The position numbers and the translations under genes are program-made. Shown piece by piece: positions 37,179 through 47,314 of a DNA stretch of 64,000 nt. The notes below the pieces were generated by a model, which was given only the letters and a program-made list of their open reading frames with translations, searched no databases and was not told where the DNA came from. Origin of the DNA: Pseudomonadota bacterium (lineage in GTDB: Bacteria; Pseudomonadota; Alphaproteobacteria; Caulobacterales; Hyphomonadaceae); the NCBI GenBank assembly GCA_039026555.1, contig JBCCMB010000001.1, positions 5,631 through 69,630 of the forward strand, written 5' to 3'. Numbering within the stretch: the first letter of the stretch is position 1; the number at the start of each line of letters is the position of its first letter.

Positions 37179-37553
37179 CCGTCATCATAGGCGGCCAAGA
37201 ACGGACGCCGTTCTCCTTAAACATCAGCGCTAACTCACGCCGCCCAGCGAACCGGACGGCGTGAGGCCGCCCCAGCTCCTGGGTTGGGGGATGGAGCCGA
37301 GACGACGCTAAATCTTAACAAAGGCGTCCGATCGCCGGGATTAACCACTGGTTGCAAATTGCCCAATCACTCGCCATGAGAGAATAGCCGAACCGCAGAG
37401 AGTATCCTCCCGGTCGTCGGCAGGCCGGCGTCCAATCATGTCTCAAACTAATTACAGCACGTCCGAAAGCGTCGCTGCGAACGAGACAAATCCTAACATC
37501 AACTGGACTTGCCTCACTTTGATGAAGAGCCTCTGATCAGATGAACGGAGTCA

Positions 37554-38723
37554 ATGATGACAGGACGGAACCGACATTTCATGGATGCGTTCAAGGCTGA
37601 GGCGATGCGGTTTAGCCACGAGAGCGGGCGAACGGTCTACCAGGTGGCGCAGGATTTGGGGGGGGGAATCGACGCTGACGGCTTAGCGGCGACAATTGCG
37701 GGATAAGGTGCAGGCCGGACCTTTTAACAATCCAAAGAAGGAATTTGCTCGGCGCCACCGTGAGCTTGAGACGGTTCGTTAAAAGCGTGACTTATTAAAG
37801 TGAGGCGGACCGTTTGCGGAGCAAACGCAGCCGACGAACGCAACGGCCTTCTTCGCAACTGAGACAAAGAGATGACGTTTCGGTTCATCGCCGAGTCGAA
37901 GACCAGTGCAACGGTTTCCAGAGCCTGCCGGCTGTTCGGCCTCTCGCAGAGCGGATTCTACGCGCGGAAGCATCGTCCCGCCACTGCGCGTCGGCGACAA
38001 GATATGATCCTGCTGGTGCATATCCGAAACGCCTTTTCGCTCTCGAACGAGACTTGTGGCAGTCCACGGATGGCTGCTAACTTGAAAGAGGAAGGGTCTG
38101 CCGTCGGCCGCCGGTGAGCGGCGCGTCTCATGCGTCTCAATTGCCTGCAAGCGCATCGAAAGCCGCGCGTGAAACGCACGACTGACAGTCATTATGCATG
38201 GCCGGTCGCCAGGAAAGTTATTGACCTGGACTTCGCCGCAAGTGCTCCAGATTATAAAAAGGCCGTCGATATCAGCTATGTCTGGACGGCAGAAGTGGGG
38301 CTCTACCTCGCAATCGTAATAGACCCCTTCTCCCTGCGCATAGCCGGCTGGTAGACGTTGGATCGATTGAAACGCGACCTGGCTATCGAAGCCCTGCGCC
38401 GGGCAGTCGCGCTGCGGCGGCCGCCCCCGGGGGCTTATTCACCATTCGGATCGCGGATCGCAGTATTGCTCCGTCGATTACCGAACCGAGCTCGGGCGTA
38501 TGGGGACGACCGCCTCCTTGTCTGTCAAAGGAAGCTGCTACGACAACGCGGTCTTCGAAACATTCTTCAAGACCATCAAGTCGGAACTCGTCTAGCCAAC
38601 GAGCTTTGCAACACACGTCGAAGCAACGAAGTAAATCGCTCAATACATCTACGGCTATTTATAATCCCGTCAGACGACATACAGCGTTCGGCTATCAATC
38701 GACGATCGCTTATGAAAAAATAG
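37554..38723 (+). mobile_element. Degenerate IS3-family insertion sequence (orfA/orfB remnants with multiple frame breaks)
   Basis: An orfA-like HTH stretch (FKAEAMRFSHESGRTVYQVAQDLG) is followed by orfB pieces in different frames: RACRLFGLSQSGFYARK, GSPRMAANLKEEG, DISYVWTAEVGLYLAIVID and KGSCYDNAVFETFFKTIKSELV. Confidence 0.7.
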
Positions 38724-38874
38724 CTGCGTAGTAAAAAAAGGCTCTCCACTAAACCGTAGCAATTCCACTCAGGCGAGGTCTTAAAATAGCGGAAAGGAGA
38801 GGCGGTCACGTCCCGAGGCTAGAGGAAGTCGTAAAATCGGTCAGTTCCGCTGACATTGCCCTTCTCCCTTTTTC

Positions 38875-40776
38875 CTATTTGATAGCAGCCTGCCACAACT
38901 GATCCGCAACTTCCGCCGCCGATTGTGGGCGAAGGTCAGGCTGAAAGCTCGTAAGTTGGAACACAAGACGTCGAATTTCGGTTGCACCGAACCAGCTGTT
39001 GTTTGAAAGCACGCGCCACCGCAACCGCGCCAGGTCTCTAAAACCGGGCAATGTGGCGTTGGGCGCAGCTCTACCTGTTAGGGCGTACCCAAGCATTGAA
39101 CCCGCATAGAAGAGATCTGTGGACTCGGACCCGTTTCCGCGCCGCGTTTCAGGTGCGATGAAAGCTTGTTCAAAGGCGTGCGGATCGCCAAGATCACTGT
39201 CGGCGGCGGAAGCGATCGATATCACGGACGGTTTTTTGAGGCCGATCTGCCCAGCGCGGAGTTCGATAGGCGACTGGCCGGCGCCATGTCGCCTGGCGAG
39301 CTCGTCGAACAGAGCCGCATAGGCCACGTAAACATCCTTAACGTCGGTATTTTTCTCACGAGGTTTAAACGCGAAGATAAGCGGTTCGAAACTGTCCGCT
39401 AAACCTTTTTTTTCAATCGCCTCTTGAGGAGACAGTCGATGTTCTGCCTGACCCAAGGCGTCGATGATGCGTTTTGCTTGGGGATCGTCCATCGTGACGC
39501 CTAGCGCGGCTGCGGCGCGGTCGACGCGGTTAGCCTGATCGTGCGCCGCGCCGAGCGCCAGGGCGCCTTTATGGCCGTCGGGGTCGAGTTCAAACGCGGC
39601 AAGATAAGCTTCGACCGCATAGAGCCGAGCATCCAGCTCGTGCGGCCGTTCGTTGTAGTTAGACAGGTACTTCGCCGCTAAACGTACAAGCGCGTCGCCT
39701 GCGAGAAGCGCATCATCTACGGATTTGGAAGACGCCGCCAAATGTGCGTTCACGAGAAGGTCGGCCGCGTTGCGCCGATAACCAGTGTTGTCTTTGGCGT
39801 CAATATTCGCGCGTAGAGCATACTCGCCGGCATCTTTCAGCGCGTCAGCTTGTGCTTTTCCGGCTGCCGCCAGCCCAGCGAGACCGAGGTCGCGGCGGAT
39901 GATGAACGAACGATAGCGGTCGCTGACGTCCGGATTGCCGCCCGACGCCATGCGAAGGATGTCCATTGCCTCTTGCAGTCGGCGTTCGCCTTCGTCAATG
40001 CGGCCAGCCCTGAAGTGGGCGCTGCCGCTAGAGGCGAGCGCGCGCGCCCTTTTCTTTGCAGATACCTTTGTGACACGCTCAAATGCGTCGACGACGCCGT
40101 CAAATCCGCTGGCTGCGGTGTCGTACCGACGGAGATCGTGGTCTTGCATCGCACGCTCATACTCGATATCCGCTTTGAGCAGCGCGTTGTTTCTAACCGC
40201 CCGAAGCGCCTCGTCCAGATAGGCGCGCGCCAACCCAGAGGCGCCGATCCAGCCGTGCAGTCGGCCGAGCTCTTTGGCGGCCATGCCGCGCGTAAGGTCA
40301 TCACCCTTGCCCGAGTTACGGGCATCCAGGAGCAATTTCTCGGCGCGACTAAAACTTCGATCTTCAGTCAACTTAGCGCCCAAGTGCAGCGCCGCACGCG
40401 CCTGCGCCAACTCAACAAATTCCGACTGTTCTCTTTCTTTCAAATCGTCCAAAATATTTTGCAGACCGGCCCGGTCGGGTTCTCTTTCGATTTTCGCGAG
40501 CGTCTGCCCCCTAGGGTCTTCGTTCTGCGTAAGCCAATCGAGGAGTATATCCACCTGGATGGGCCGCTCGGCGTCCTCGCGTATTTCGGGGCCGTCGATC
40601 GAGGTTCTCCAGCCGAGATGCTTTAACCCAAGGACAGCGAAATAGAGGTCAGCCGCCGGTGAATCGGGCGCGAGGGATTGAGCCTTCGTAATCAGAGCAG
40701 CGTAATCGCCGTTCATCAGCGGTGTTGCAAATTGGCTCTTCGAACGATTTGCAATGAAGTCTGCGGCTTCCGTCAT
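38875..40776 (-). CDS. TPR-like helical repeat protein with a C-terminal protein-kinase C-lobe-like remnant
   Basis: Long Ala/Leu-rich repeats. The C-terminal DLFYAGSMLGYALTGRAAP...DLRPQSAAEV resembles kinase subdomains IX-XI, but I see no VAIK/HRD/DFG. ATGA overlap with the upstream protease gene. Confidence 0.45.
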   Translation of the reverse strand: MTEAADFIANRSKSQFATPLMNGDYAALITKAQSLAPDSPAADLYFAVLGLKHLGWRTSIDGPEIREDAERPIQVDILLDWLTQNEDPRGQTLAKIEREPDRAGLQNILDDLKEREQSEFVELAQARAALHLGAKLTEDRSFSRAEKLLLDARNSGKGDDLTRGMAAKELGRLHGWIGASGLARAYLDEALRAVRNNALLKADIEYERAMQDHDLRRYDTAASGFDGVVDAFERVTKVSAKKRARALASSGSAHFRAGRIDEGERRLQEAMDILRMASGGNPDVSDRYRSFIIRRDLGLAGLAAAGKAQADALKDAGEYALRANIDAKDNTGYRRNAADLLVNAHLAASSKSVDDALLAGDALVRLAAKYLSNYNERPHELDARLYAVEAYLAAFELDPDGHKGALALGAAHDQANRVDRAAAALGVTMDDPQAKRIIDALGQAEHRLSPQEAIEKKGLADSFEPLIFAFKPREKNTDVKDVYVAYAALFDELARRHGAGQSPIELRAGQIGLKKPSVISIASAADSDLGDPHAFEQAFIAPETRRGNGSESTDLFYAGSMLGYALTGRAAPNATLPGFRDLARLRWRVLSNNSWFGATEIRRLVFQLTSFQPDLRPQSAAEVADQLWQAAIK

Positions 40777-42641
40777 AGGGTTTGGTCGAGATCAGAACAG
40801 GCGAACACGCGATATTCGAGCTCGACGTCTGGCGCGCCTTCGGCGGCCAGGTGGGCGTTTCCACTTTCCGTCAGCGTCGTGCTCAGGAATCCCTTACTAA
40901 CCGTCGCCATAAACTGACTTTTTCGTCTTTCCACGCCGTTCAGCGCCACGCCGAACGAGAAGTGACCTGCGGCGTCGCCGCGGTGCTCCATGAGAATGGA
41001 AATGGGTTGGTCGACTGGCAGATTTATAGGCGCTTGCGCATAGCCGTCGCCGTCTAGCCGGAGACGGGCGTCGATAATGGGCGGTCGAGCTACGGCACCG
41101 TTGCATACATCGAGGCGCCATTGGTGCACTGCAAATTCGGCCGGATCGTCGCCGGTGTAGTCTACGAACAGATCACCCCAACGCGCCAACCGATCTGCGC
41201 GCGTCTCTGGGTCCTGACGGAGTTCGTCAATGACGTCGGCGCGGATTGCGTATGTAAAGCCCAAAGGTAAGCGTAGGTTATCCGCATCGCCAACGCGGCA
41301 CGCGCTCGCGGTTAGATAGCCGTTTCGTGGCGCGCACAGCGTGTCGCCGCCGCTGACCATGCCCACGACGCGACCTTCGCGGTTGAGAAGAGGGCTACCG
41401 CTGGACCCGCCTGTCGCCGACAGATCCATTGTCAACATGTGGCGGCGCGCGGGCAGCGCGCCGCCGACGCCAAATTCGTTCGAGACCTTGGCGACGACGC
41501 CGCGCACATAAACAGCTGTGGGCGCTTGTGGTTGGGGCGAGGCGGGCCCGAGATTCTCAAATGGAAAGCCGACATAGCCCAATTCATCGCCGCCGGTGAC
41601 GGCATAGAGGTCCTCCCGCGCGGCGATCTGGAGTCCCTGGCCGAGGCGCACATTGTCTGTCTCCTCAACCGCCGAGAGAAGAGCGACGTCGTATGCGTTG
41701 TAAACGGCGCCGAGCTGGCCCTTTTCCTTCTCCGACAATCCAGATTCCCAGGTTTTCAGCGCGCGATAGTCTGGATGAACAAGAGGGGGCGAGCCCATGT
41801 CGCCGCCGCTCACGCGTATCGGTATCGAGATTGGCCGCTCATCGTCGACGCGGCGGGCGCAGGCGATCTCGCCTGGTCTGGCCAACTGACCTTCGACATG
41901 GGCGTTTGTGACAAGCCGGATGCCGTCGCCGGTGTTTAGCGCCCAACCCGTTCCGACGCGTGTGAGAGACTCGCTTTCGCAAGCTTTTTCGTCGGCCTCT
42001 TGCACTGTGCCGAGTAGCCAAACCTGCGCGGCCGCCATATCCAGGTTTGCCGGCTCCACATAGTTTGGCAGAGCCGCGATGCCGAGCTGTAAAGCCTGAA
42101 GGCGTTCTTGAATGTCTCGCTGGCCTTCGAGTATTTTGCCGTCATTTTCCAGCACCTGATCGATGGCCGCGTCGGCCTCGTAGAAAAATGAGATTATAAT
42201 CCAATAGAGCGGCGCGATCGATATAGCCAAGGCGACGATGCCCGCGACCGCAGCCCCCCAATTGTCCCGTCGCCGGACTTTGTTCTGAGCCAATCGGCGC
42301 GCCGATTGGCGAGGTGATTCGGATAGGCTGCGCCTTCGGCGGCTGATATGTAGGCGCGCCGCAGACAATCGCGCTTCCGTGTTATCGTCTTCGCCTGGTT
42401 GGGCTAGTTTCGCGCCGAGATCGAGCCAGATTTCGTTCTCCTCGTCCTCCAATAGAGGTCGACGCTTCGTTATTTCGTCCGCCTTTTCCGCGCTTGGCCG
42501 CCACAAGAAGGCAGGTTGGTCTTCTCGTGGTTCGAACGCTGCTCCGTCTTGATCAAAGACCAGAGAGCCATGCTCCAATCCAACCGCCTCGGCGTGCAGG
42601 AAGAGCGGCTCCGAACCGTCAGAGTGCGGCGCGGCGCGCAT
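40773..42641 (-). CDS. Membrane-anchored trypsin-like (S1/DegP-type fold) serine protease with a ~130-aa cytoplasmic N-terminal domain
   Basis: TM segment GAAVAGIVALAISIAPLYWIIISFF. The catalytic triad context is LVTNAHV (His), YDVALLS (Asp) and TGGSSGSPLLNREGRVVGMVSGG (Ser). Confidence 0.75.
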   Translation of the reverse strand: MRAAPHSDGSEPLFLHAEAVGLEHGSLVFDQDGAAFEPREDQPAFLWRPSAEKADEITKRRPLLEDEENEIWLDLGAKLAQPGEDDNTEARLSAARLHISRRRRSLSESPRQSARRLAQNKVRRRDNWGAAVAGIVALAISIAPLYWIIISFFYEADAAIDQVLENDGKILEGQRDIQERLQALQLGIAALPNYVEPANLDMAAAQVWLLGTVQEADEKACESESLTRVGTGWALNTGDGIRLVTNAHVEGQLARPGEIACARRVDDERPISIPIRVSGGDMGSPPLVHPDYRALKTWESGLSEKEKGQLGAVYNAYDVALLSAVEETDNVRLGQGLQIAAREDLYAVTGGDELGYVGFPFENLGPASPQPQAPTAVYVRGVVAKVSNEFGVGGALPARRHMLTMDLSATGGSSGSPLLNREGRVVGMVSGGDTLCAPRNGYLTASACRVGDADNLRLPLGFTYAIRADVIDELRQDPETRADRLARWGDLFVDYTGDDPAEFAVHQWRLDVCNGAVARPPIIDARLRLDGDGYAQAPINLPVDQPISILMEHRGDAAGHFSFGVALNGVERRKSQFMATVSKGFLSTTLTESGNAHLAAEGAPDVELEYRVFACSDLDQTL

Positions 42642-42775
42642 AGGGATTGCGCGGCCGATTCGGATCTCTTTCGCTTCGCCGGCATCTATCTTGATCCGCC
42701 GAGCATCGTCGACGCCGCCGTCGACTGTGACAATGAAACCGCCATCGGCGCGCTTTGTGCTCGCTTTGAACAGCG

Positions 42776-44170
42776 TTAGCCTCCAAGTCGCGATAGCAGA
42801 TCGCGGTCGATTATACCGTCTGTCGGCAGGCCTCTATTCTCCTGCCATCTCAAGACGGCGGCGAACGTCTTCAATCCCAAAACGCCCGCTTCGCGCCCGG
42901 CGGGATCATGCAGGGTGGAAAGTTTTGACTGAATGGTTGCGATATCTTCGCCAGACGACCCGAAGCGCCAACGACGCGCATCGGCGATATTCCATCCTTG
43001 GGCGTGCAGCCGCGCTTCGCGGCCCGTGAGGAGCATATAGAAAAAACGTCGGCCTTTATTGAAGCCGCACGTGAGTCCCAATTGATCTTGGAACGGGACG
43101 ATGCTGTCTCTGTAGGGTATCTTGCATACGCCGCCCTCATCTGTCGTCATACAGCCGCCGCCATGTATCACATTGCACCCCGCCGACCCGTGACGAATGC
43201 CGTCTCTGGAGGGCCAGGCTGGGTGAATATTGTCGTTGACGAGTTCGAAATCCCTGTCCCAATCGGTCAAGCGATATCCAAGCCCATCTTTTGCGCGCAG
43301 CACGGGACCATACCAGTTTGCGTCCTGCCGCAATAGGTTTGGGGATGCAGCGTGACGCCCGCAATGCATAACGTGAAGACCTAGACCAAGCTGGTTCGTG
43401 CGCCAATCCAAGATCGCACGGTTTACAACATCGGGATTTGCGCGATCCTCTGATCTTACGGTGGGGTCGGAAAGTTGCAGCAGACCTTTCAAGAAAAGCC
43501 CAATCCGGTATATCTGCATGTTCATTAGATTTGGTGTGGTTGAGGCCGAAAAAGCGCTAACTGTATGCGCTTTGCGGTCCCACACGCCGATGACGCAGTT
43601 AAGCTCCTGGTGATCAATCGCCGCTTCGATGAGGTCGATGCGCTCGGACGGCTGGCCGGCGGCTGATCGGTTTTGGGCGATCCGGCATCCGCGCAATCCG
43701 AAAACGACCTTATCGGCGTTGATCCGCAGTCCGGGAGCGGTCCCTAGGAAGGTTGCATCATACGCGTTCGAGGCCGCCATCGCCTCCAACGTAGCAGATG
43801 TCAGAGGAAAGACGCTTGCTTCTGCGCCCTCTCCGACATGACGCAGATCCGGCGACTGGGCGTCTTCCACGCGCGCTGCGGAGATCTGTCTGTTTTTCAT
43901 CGCCGGAACGACCCGCTTATCGCGAAGCTCCTTGCGCAGAGTTTTATCCGTTTCGAAATCCTCGAACGTAAAATTGCCGACCGCCGAGGCTTGGGGTTCA
44001 TTAACGAGCGCGTCCAATTGCGCATCGATCGCGTCGTCGTCATAGACGAAATCATCGGCGTCGTAATCGGGTAGCAGTCCTGCCGTAACGTCCTGGGCGC
44101 GCGCGCTCAAACTCCCGAGCGCCGCCGCGCTAAGGCCTAGACTAAGCGCTCTTCGTCGATTGATTATCAT
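42776..44170 (-). CDS. Tat-signal exported protein with a C-terminal peptidoglycan-binding domain
   Basis: ATG 44170 gives MIINRRRALSLGLSAAALGSLSARA (twin-arginine) behind GGGAGGGGA. The C-terminal IQSKLSTL...LGLKTFAAVLRWQENRGLPTDGIIDRDLLSRLG is PG_binding_1-like. The central region is unassigned (HGSAGCNVIHG). Confidence 0.6.
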   Translation of the reverse strand: MIINRRRALSLGLSAAALGSLSARAQDVTAGLLPDYDADDFVYDDDAIDAQLDALVNEPQASAVGNFTFEDFETDKTLRKELRDKRVVPAMKNRQISAARVEDAQSPDLRHVGEGAEASVFPLTSATLEAMAASNAYDATFLGTAPGLRINADKVVFGLRGCRIAQNRSAAGQPSERIDLIEAAIDHQELNCVIGVWDRKAHTVSAFSASTTPNLMNMQIYRIGLFLKGLLQLSDPTVRSEDRANPDVVNRAILDWRTNQLGLGLHVMHCGRHAASPNLLRQDANWYGPVLRAKDGLGYRLTDWDRDFELVNDNIHPAWPSRDGIRHGSAGCNVIHGGGCMTTDEGGVCKIPYRDSIVPFQDQLGLTCGFNKGRRFFYMLLTGREARLHAQGWNIADARRWRFGSSGEDIATIQSKLSTLHDPAGREAGVLGLKTFAAVLRWQENRGLPTDGIIDRDLLSRLGG

Positions 44171-44339
44171 GAGCTCCCCTCCCAACCTGCTGCTAAACGT
44201 TAACGGACGGTCCCGCATTGCTCAAGCTTTCAGCTGCGACCCGTTCGGTCGCGGGCGGACAGCCTTGTTCGCCCTGGCGCATCCGCTAGGGTTCTGTATT
44301 GTCGCGTGAAGTGTTCAGCGTGTTGGGGACGAACGAAGC

Positions 44340-45704
44340 GTGGGATGGCTTCTTAGAGCTTTGGTCTGGTCTGTGGCGCTTGTTTGCTGCGCAGGGTTGG
44401 TCGGATGGTTTCTCATCGCCGGGCATAAACATGTTGCGGGTCTAGACGGGCCGGGGCGGCAATTAGAGACCGCGGTGATCTCCGCTGATGGTAGATACGT
44501 CGCTATTTTGCTCAATGATGGGGCGGCGGATGTTCAAACGATTGAGGGGGAGACGCTCGGGCTTATTCGCGGGCACGACGCGCCGTTGGCGGCGGCGCAT
44601 TTTTCGCCCGACGGCGAGATACTGATCACGATTGACGACGCGGGCAGTGTCCGCCGAACGCGGCTGGAGGGGCTCTTTTTTCGAGAAAGGGGGCATGGCG
44701 CCGATATGTCGGCGGCGGTCGAGCAGGCGGTTTGGGGCGATGCGTTGGCCGCACCGGCGGCGCTATTATGGGAGACAAGCGCGATCCATGCGCCCTGGAA
44801 GGCGTCGTCGCAGATTATGGATGCAGACACGCGCGCGCCTGTTTTGCCAAAGGGCGCAGTCCCGCCGCCGAGGAGCATGTTTCGAGATTGCGCAGATTGC
44901 CCGGAAATGCTGGTTGTTCCGCCGGGCGCATTCCTTATGGGCTCTCCTGAAGATGAAGAGGGGCGTGATCCCGATGAGGGCCCGCAGCGAGACGTGCGGA
45001 TCGATTATCCTTTCGCCGCGGCGCGGTTTGAGACGACGCTCGCGGAGTTTCAACGCTTCATGAAAGAGACTGGCCATGCGCCGGCGGGCGGGTGCGTCGC
45101 CGATTCCAACGGCGATGGGTTGTTGTCCGATGAGCCTGAGGCTAATTGGTCAAACACGGGGTTTGAACAAAGCGACGCCCAGCCCGCAGCCTGCGTTTCG
45201 TGGAACGACGCGCAGGCCTATGTGCATTGGCTGTCGCGCAAAACGGGCGAGACGTATCGTCTGCTTTCGGAAGCGGAATGGGAGTATGCGGCTCGGGCTG
45301 GGACGACGAGCGCCTATTTCTGGGGCTCAAGCGCAGATGCCGGCTGCGCTTATATGAACGGAGCGGACGCGACGGCGAAGCGCTCCTATCCTGGCTGGAC
45401 GACCGTGAGTTGCGATGACGGCTATTTGAATACGTCGCCCGTAGGCTCGTTCAACGCGAATGCATTTGGTCTTTACGACATGACGGGCAATGTTTCGGAG
45501 TGGACTGAGGATTGCTGGAATGAGAGCTATTCCGGTGCGCCGATAAATGGCTCGGCGTGGATAAGCGGCGAGTGCTCGCGTCGTGTTCTCCGCGGTGGTT
45601 CCTGGAGCGGCTATCCGCGGAGCCTTCGCTCGGCGCTCCGCGGCTGGAACTCCACCTCGGACCGGTACGACCATGTCGGTTTCCGTGTGGCCAGGACGCT
45701 TTAA
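44340..45704 (+). CDS. N-terminal TM anchor - short WD40-like segment - FGE-sulfatase (C-type lectin fold) protein; DGR target 3
   Basis: GTG start. TM segment LVWSVALVCCAGLVGWFLIAG. The FGE domain has MLVVPPGAFLMGS, VSWNDAQAYVHWLSRKTGETYRLLSEAEWEYAARAG, GLYDMTGNVSEW and RVLRGGSW. Confidence 0.8.
   Translation: MGWLLRALVWSVALVCCAGLVGWFLIAGHKHVAGLDGPGRQLETAVISADGRYVAILLNDGAADVQTIEGETLGLIRGHDAPLAAAHFSPDGEILITIDDAGSVRRTRLEGLFFRERGHGADMSAAVEQAVWGDALAAPAALLWETSAIHAPWKASSQIMDADTRAPVLPKGAVPPPRSMFRDCADCPEMLVVPPGAFLMGSPEDEEGRDPDEGPQRDVRIDYPFAAARFETTLAEFQRFMKETGHAPAGGCVADSNGDGLLSDEPEANWSNTGFEQSDAQPAACVSWNDAQAYVHWLSRKTGETYRLLSEAEWEYAARAGTTSAYFWGSSADAGCAYMNGADATAKRSYPGWTTVSCDDGYLNTSPVGSFNANAFGLYDMTGNVSEWTEDCWNESYSGAPINGSAWISGECSRRVLRGGSWSGYPRSLRSALRGWNSTSDRYDHVGFRVARTL
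45576..45701 (+). repeat. DGR variable repeat VR3
   Basis: I count 18 mismatches to the TR, all at TR adenines. It is on the opposite strand and ~19.5 kb from the TR. Confidence 0.85.
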
Positions 45705-45723
45705 CCCCCTTTTTCCTTTAACA

Positions 45724-45770
45724 GCGGGCGAGAGCCCGCGTCTTGTACCGGCGAAGCCGGTTCGGTTTTC
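45724..45770 (+). terminator. Post-VR3 module: GNRA-loop hairpin plus terminator-like hairpin
   Basis: GCGGGC-GAGA-GCCCGC (45724-45739), then ACCGGCGAAGCCGGT (45747-45761) followed by TCGGTTTTCG. Nearly identical to the module after VR1. Confidence 0.6.
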
Positions 45771-45965
45771 GATCCTCGGACACACACAGCTGAATGGATC
45801 GAAGCGCTTGATCTATTGAAATATTTTGAGATGCGGTTGGGTGTCCCCAGGCGATATCAAACATGGATTATCTCATTTTTTAATTTCAAGGCCGCCGGAA
45901 CGGAGGGCTAGCGTCCAGAGCACGCCGTGTGTAACGTGAAGTTGCGGGGAATGTGGAGCTAGGAC

Positions 45966-47306
45966 GTGTCTTCGGGGACAAGACAACATCAATTTGTTTT
46001 TGTCAGTCATGCGCGGACAGACAAACCCAAAATCAAGGCGATCGTAGACGCCCTTATTTCTGGCGACGATCCAATAAAGGTCTGGCTCGATAACCCATCT
46101 GTCATGGGCTATTCCCAAGCCGAAATCGAAGCATCTTTTATCGATTTGCACGGCGGCGGTCGCTGGGACGACCAAATCAATGATGCGCTGGAAGCCTCCA
46201 TGTGCGTTTTAGCGTGCGCCTCGCACAGCTTCACTAAGCGCTATCATGACGATACGGACAGCAAGAAGGGCAGCGTTATCCGCAAAGAGGTCACGGCCGG
46301 CGAGACGGGCGATAAGCTGGTCTCGTGTCGTATCGACGATCTTCCGTTCGGGAATCTGCCGGGCGCGCTGTCGGAGGCGCAGACGGTCGATTTGCATGAG
46401 ACGCCGGACAAGCTGTCCGCCTTGGTGCGCGATGTCCGCCGAAAGATTAAGACGGTCAATGAGCGCAAGGAAGCCGGCGGATTGCGCAGCGACGCAAAAC
46501 TTTATCTCGTCGACCGCACGCCGCAGGAAAACGCGGCGAAGAAAAGTATTGAAGCTGCAAGCGACGGCGGCGTCCACGCGCTGTTCGTAAAGGCGCCGCA
46601 AAATGAATGCCTAGATCTTTTTCAAGAGCGCCTGCGCGAGGAGACCAGTCGGATTAGCAACCATACCAGATGCGTTTGGCAGGAATTGCACGTGGAGTGG
46701 CCGTCGCTGGCCGCCTCGCGAGATGAGTTTGCAGACGCCTATTTGAGCAATTTGGCGAGCAAACTGGGTGCGCGCGTGTCCGACTTGACTGCAAACCTCT
46801 CCAAGCCTCGCCAGGCGCCGCTGGCGGCTGTTTCCTTCATGAGTATGAGCGAGTGGGGACGGAGCCGGTTGCAAAAGGATCGGTTGCGCGAGTGGCTGGC
46901 CTTATGGCGGCGATTGCAGGAGGATACACGCGAGCTAAAGGCGGTGCCGGTGCTCGCTGTCGAGTTGCCGGAAGCGGCGCCCAAATGGAAAACCACGCCC
47001 AAAGTCAGCGACGGAGGCGTGTCCTCCCTACAGATTTTGAGAGACGTGCGTGCGGTTGAGAAAGAAGCGAAGCGCTCTGACGATTATGTGCCCCTGCGCC
47101 GATTGGACACGCTCCATCCTGTAACGCACCCGGACGCCGTTCGATGGCTGAAACAATGCGGGTACAGCGAATCGAGCAAGCAATGGGACGAGTTGCGGTC
47201 GGCAATTGACGGCGCCTTCGCGCAGGGCCGCAAGCGGCTGAAGCGCATCGCTATGCTGACATTTAAAAGGCGTATGGACGCACTCGTTCGTGATGGGACG
47301 ATATAG
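45966..47306 (+). CDS. TIR-like domain protein with an uncharacterised ~300-aa C-terminal region
   Basis: GTG start. QHQFVFVSHARTDKPKIKAIVDAL...VWLD...CVLACASHSF fits a TIR/TIR_2 N-terminal domain. I recognise no P-loop or other motif in the rest. Confidence 0.6.
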   Translation: MSSGTRQHQFVFVSHARTDKPKIKAIVDALISGDDPIKVWLDNPSVMGYSQAEIEASFIDLHGGGRWDDQINDALEASMCVLACASHSFTKRYHDDTDSKKGSVIRKEVTAGETGDKLVSCRIDDLPFGNLPGALSEAQTVDLHETPDKLSALVRDVRRKIKTVNERKEAGGLRSDAKLYLVDRTPQENAAKKSIEAASDGGVHALFVKAPQNECLDLFQERLREETSRISNHTRCVWQELHVEWPSLAASRDEFADAYLSNLASKLGARVSDLTANLSKPRQAPLAAVSFMSMSEWGRSRLQKDRLREWLALWRRLQEDTRELKAVPVLAVELPEAAPKWKTTPKVSDGGVSSLQILRDVRAVEKEAKRSDDYVPLRRLDTLHPVTHPDAVRWLKQCGYSESSKQWDELRSAIDGAFAQGRKRLKRIAMLTFKRRMDALVRDGTI

Positions 47307-47314
47307 GGGACACA

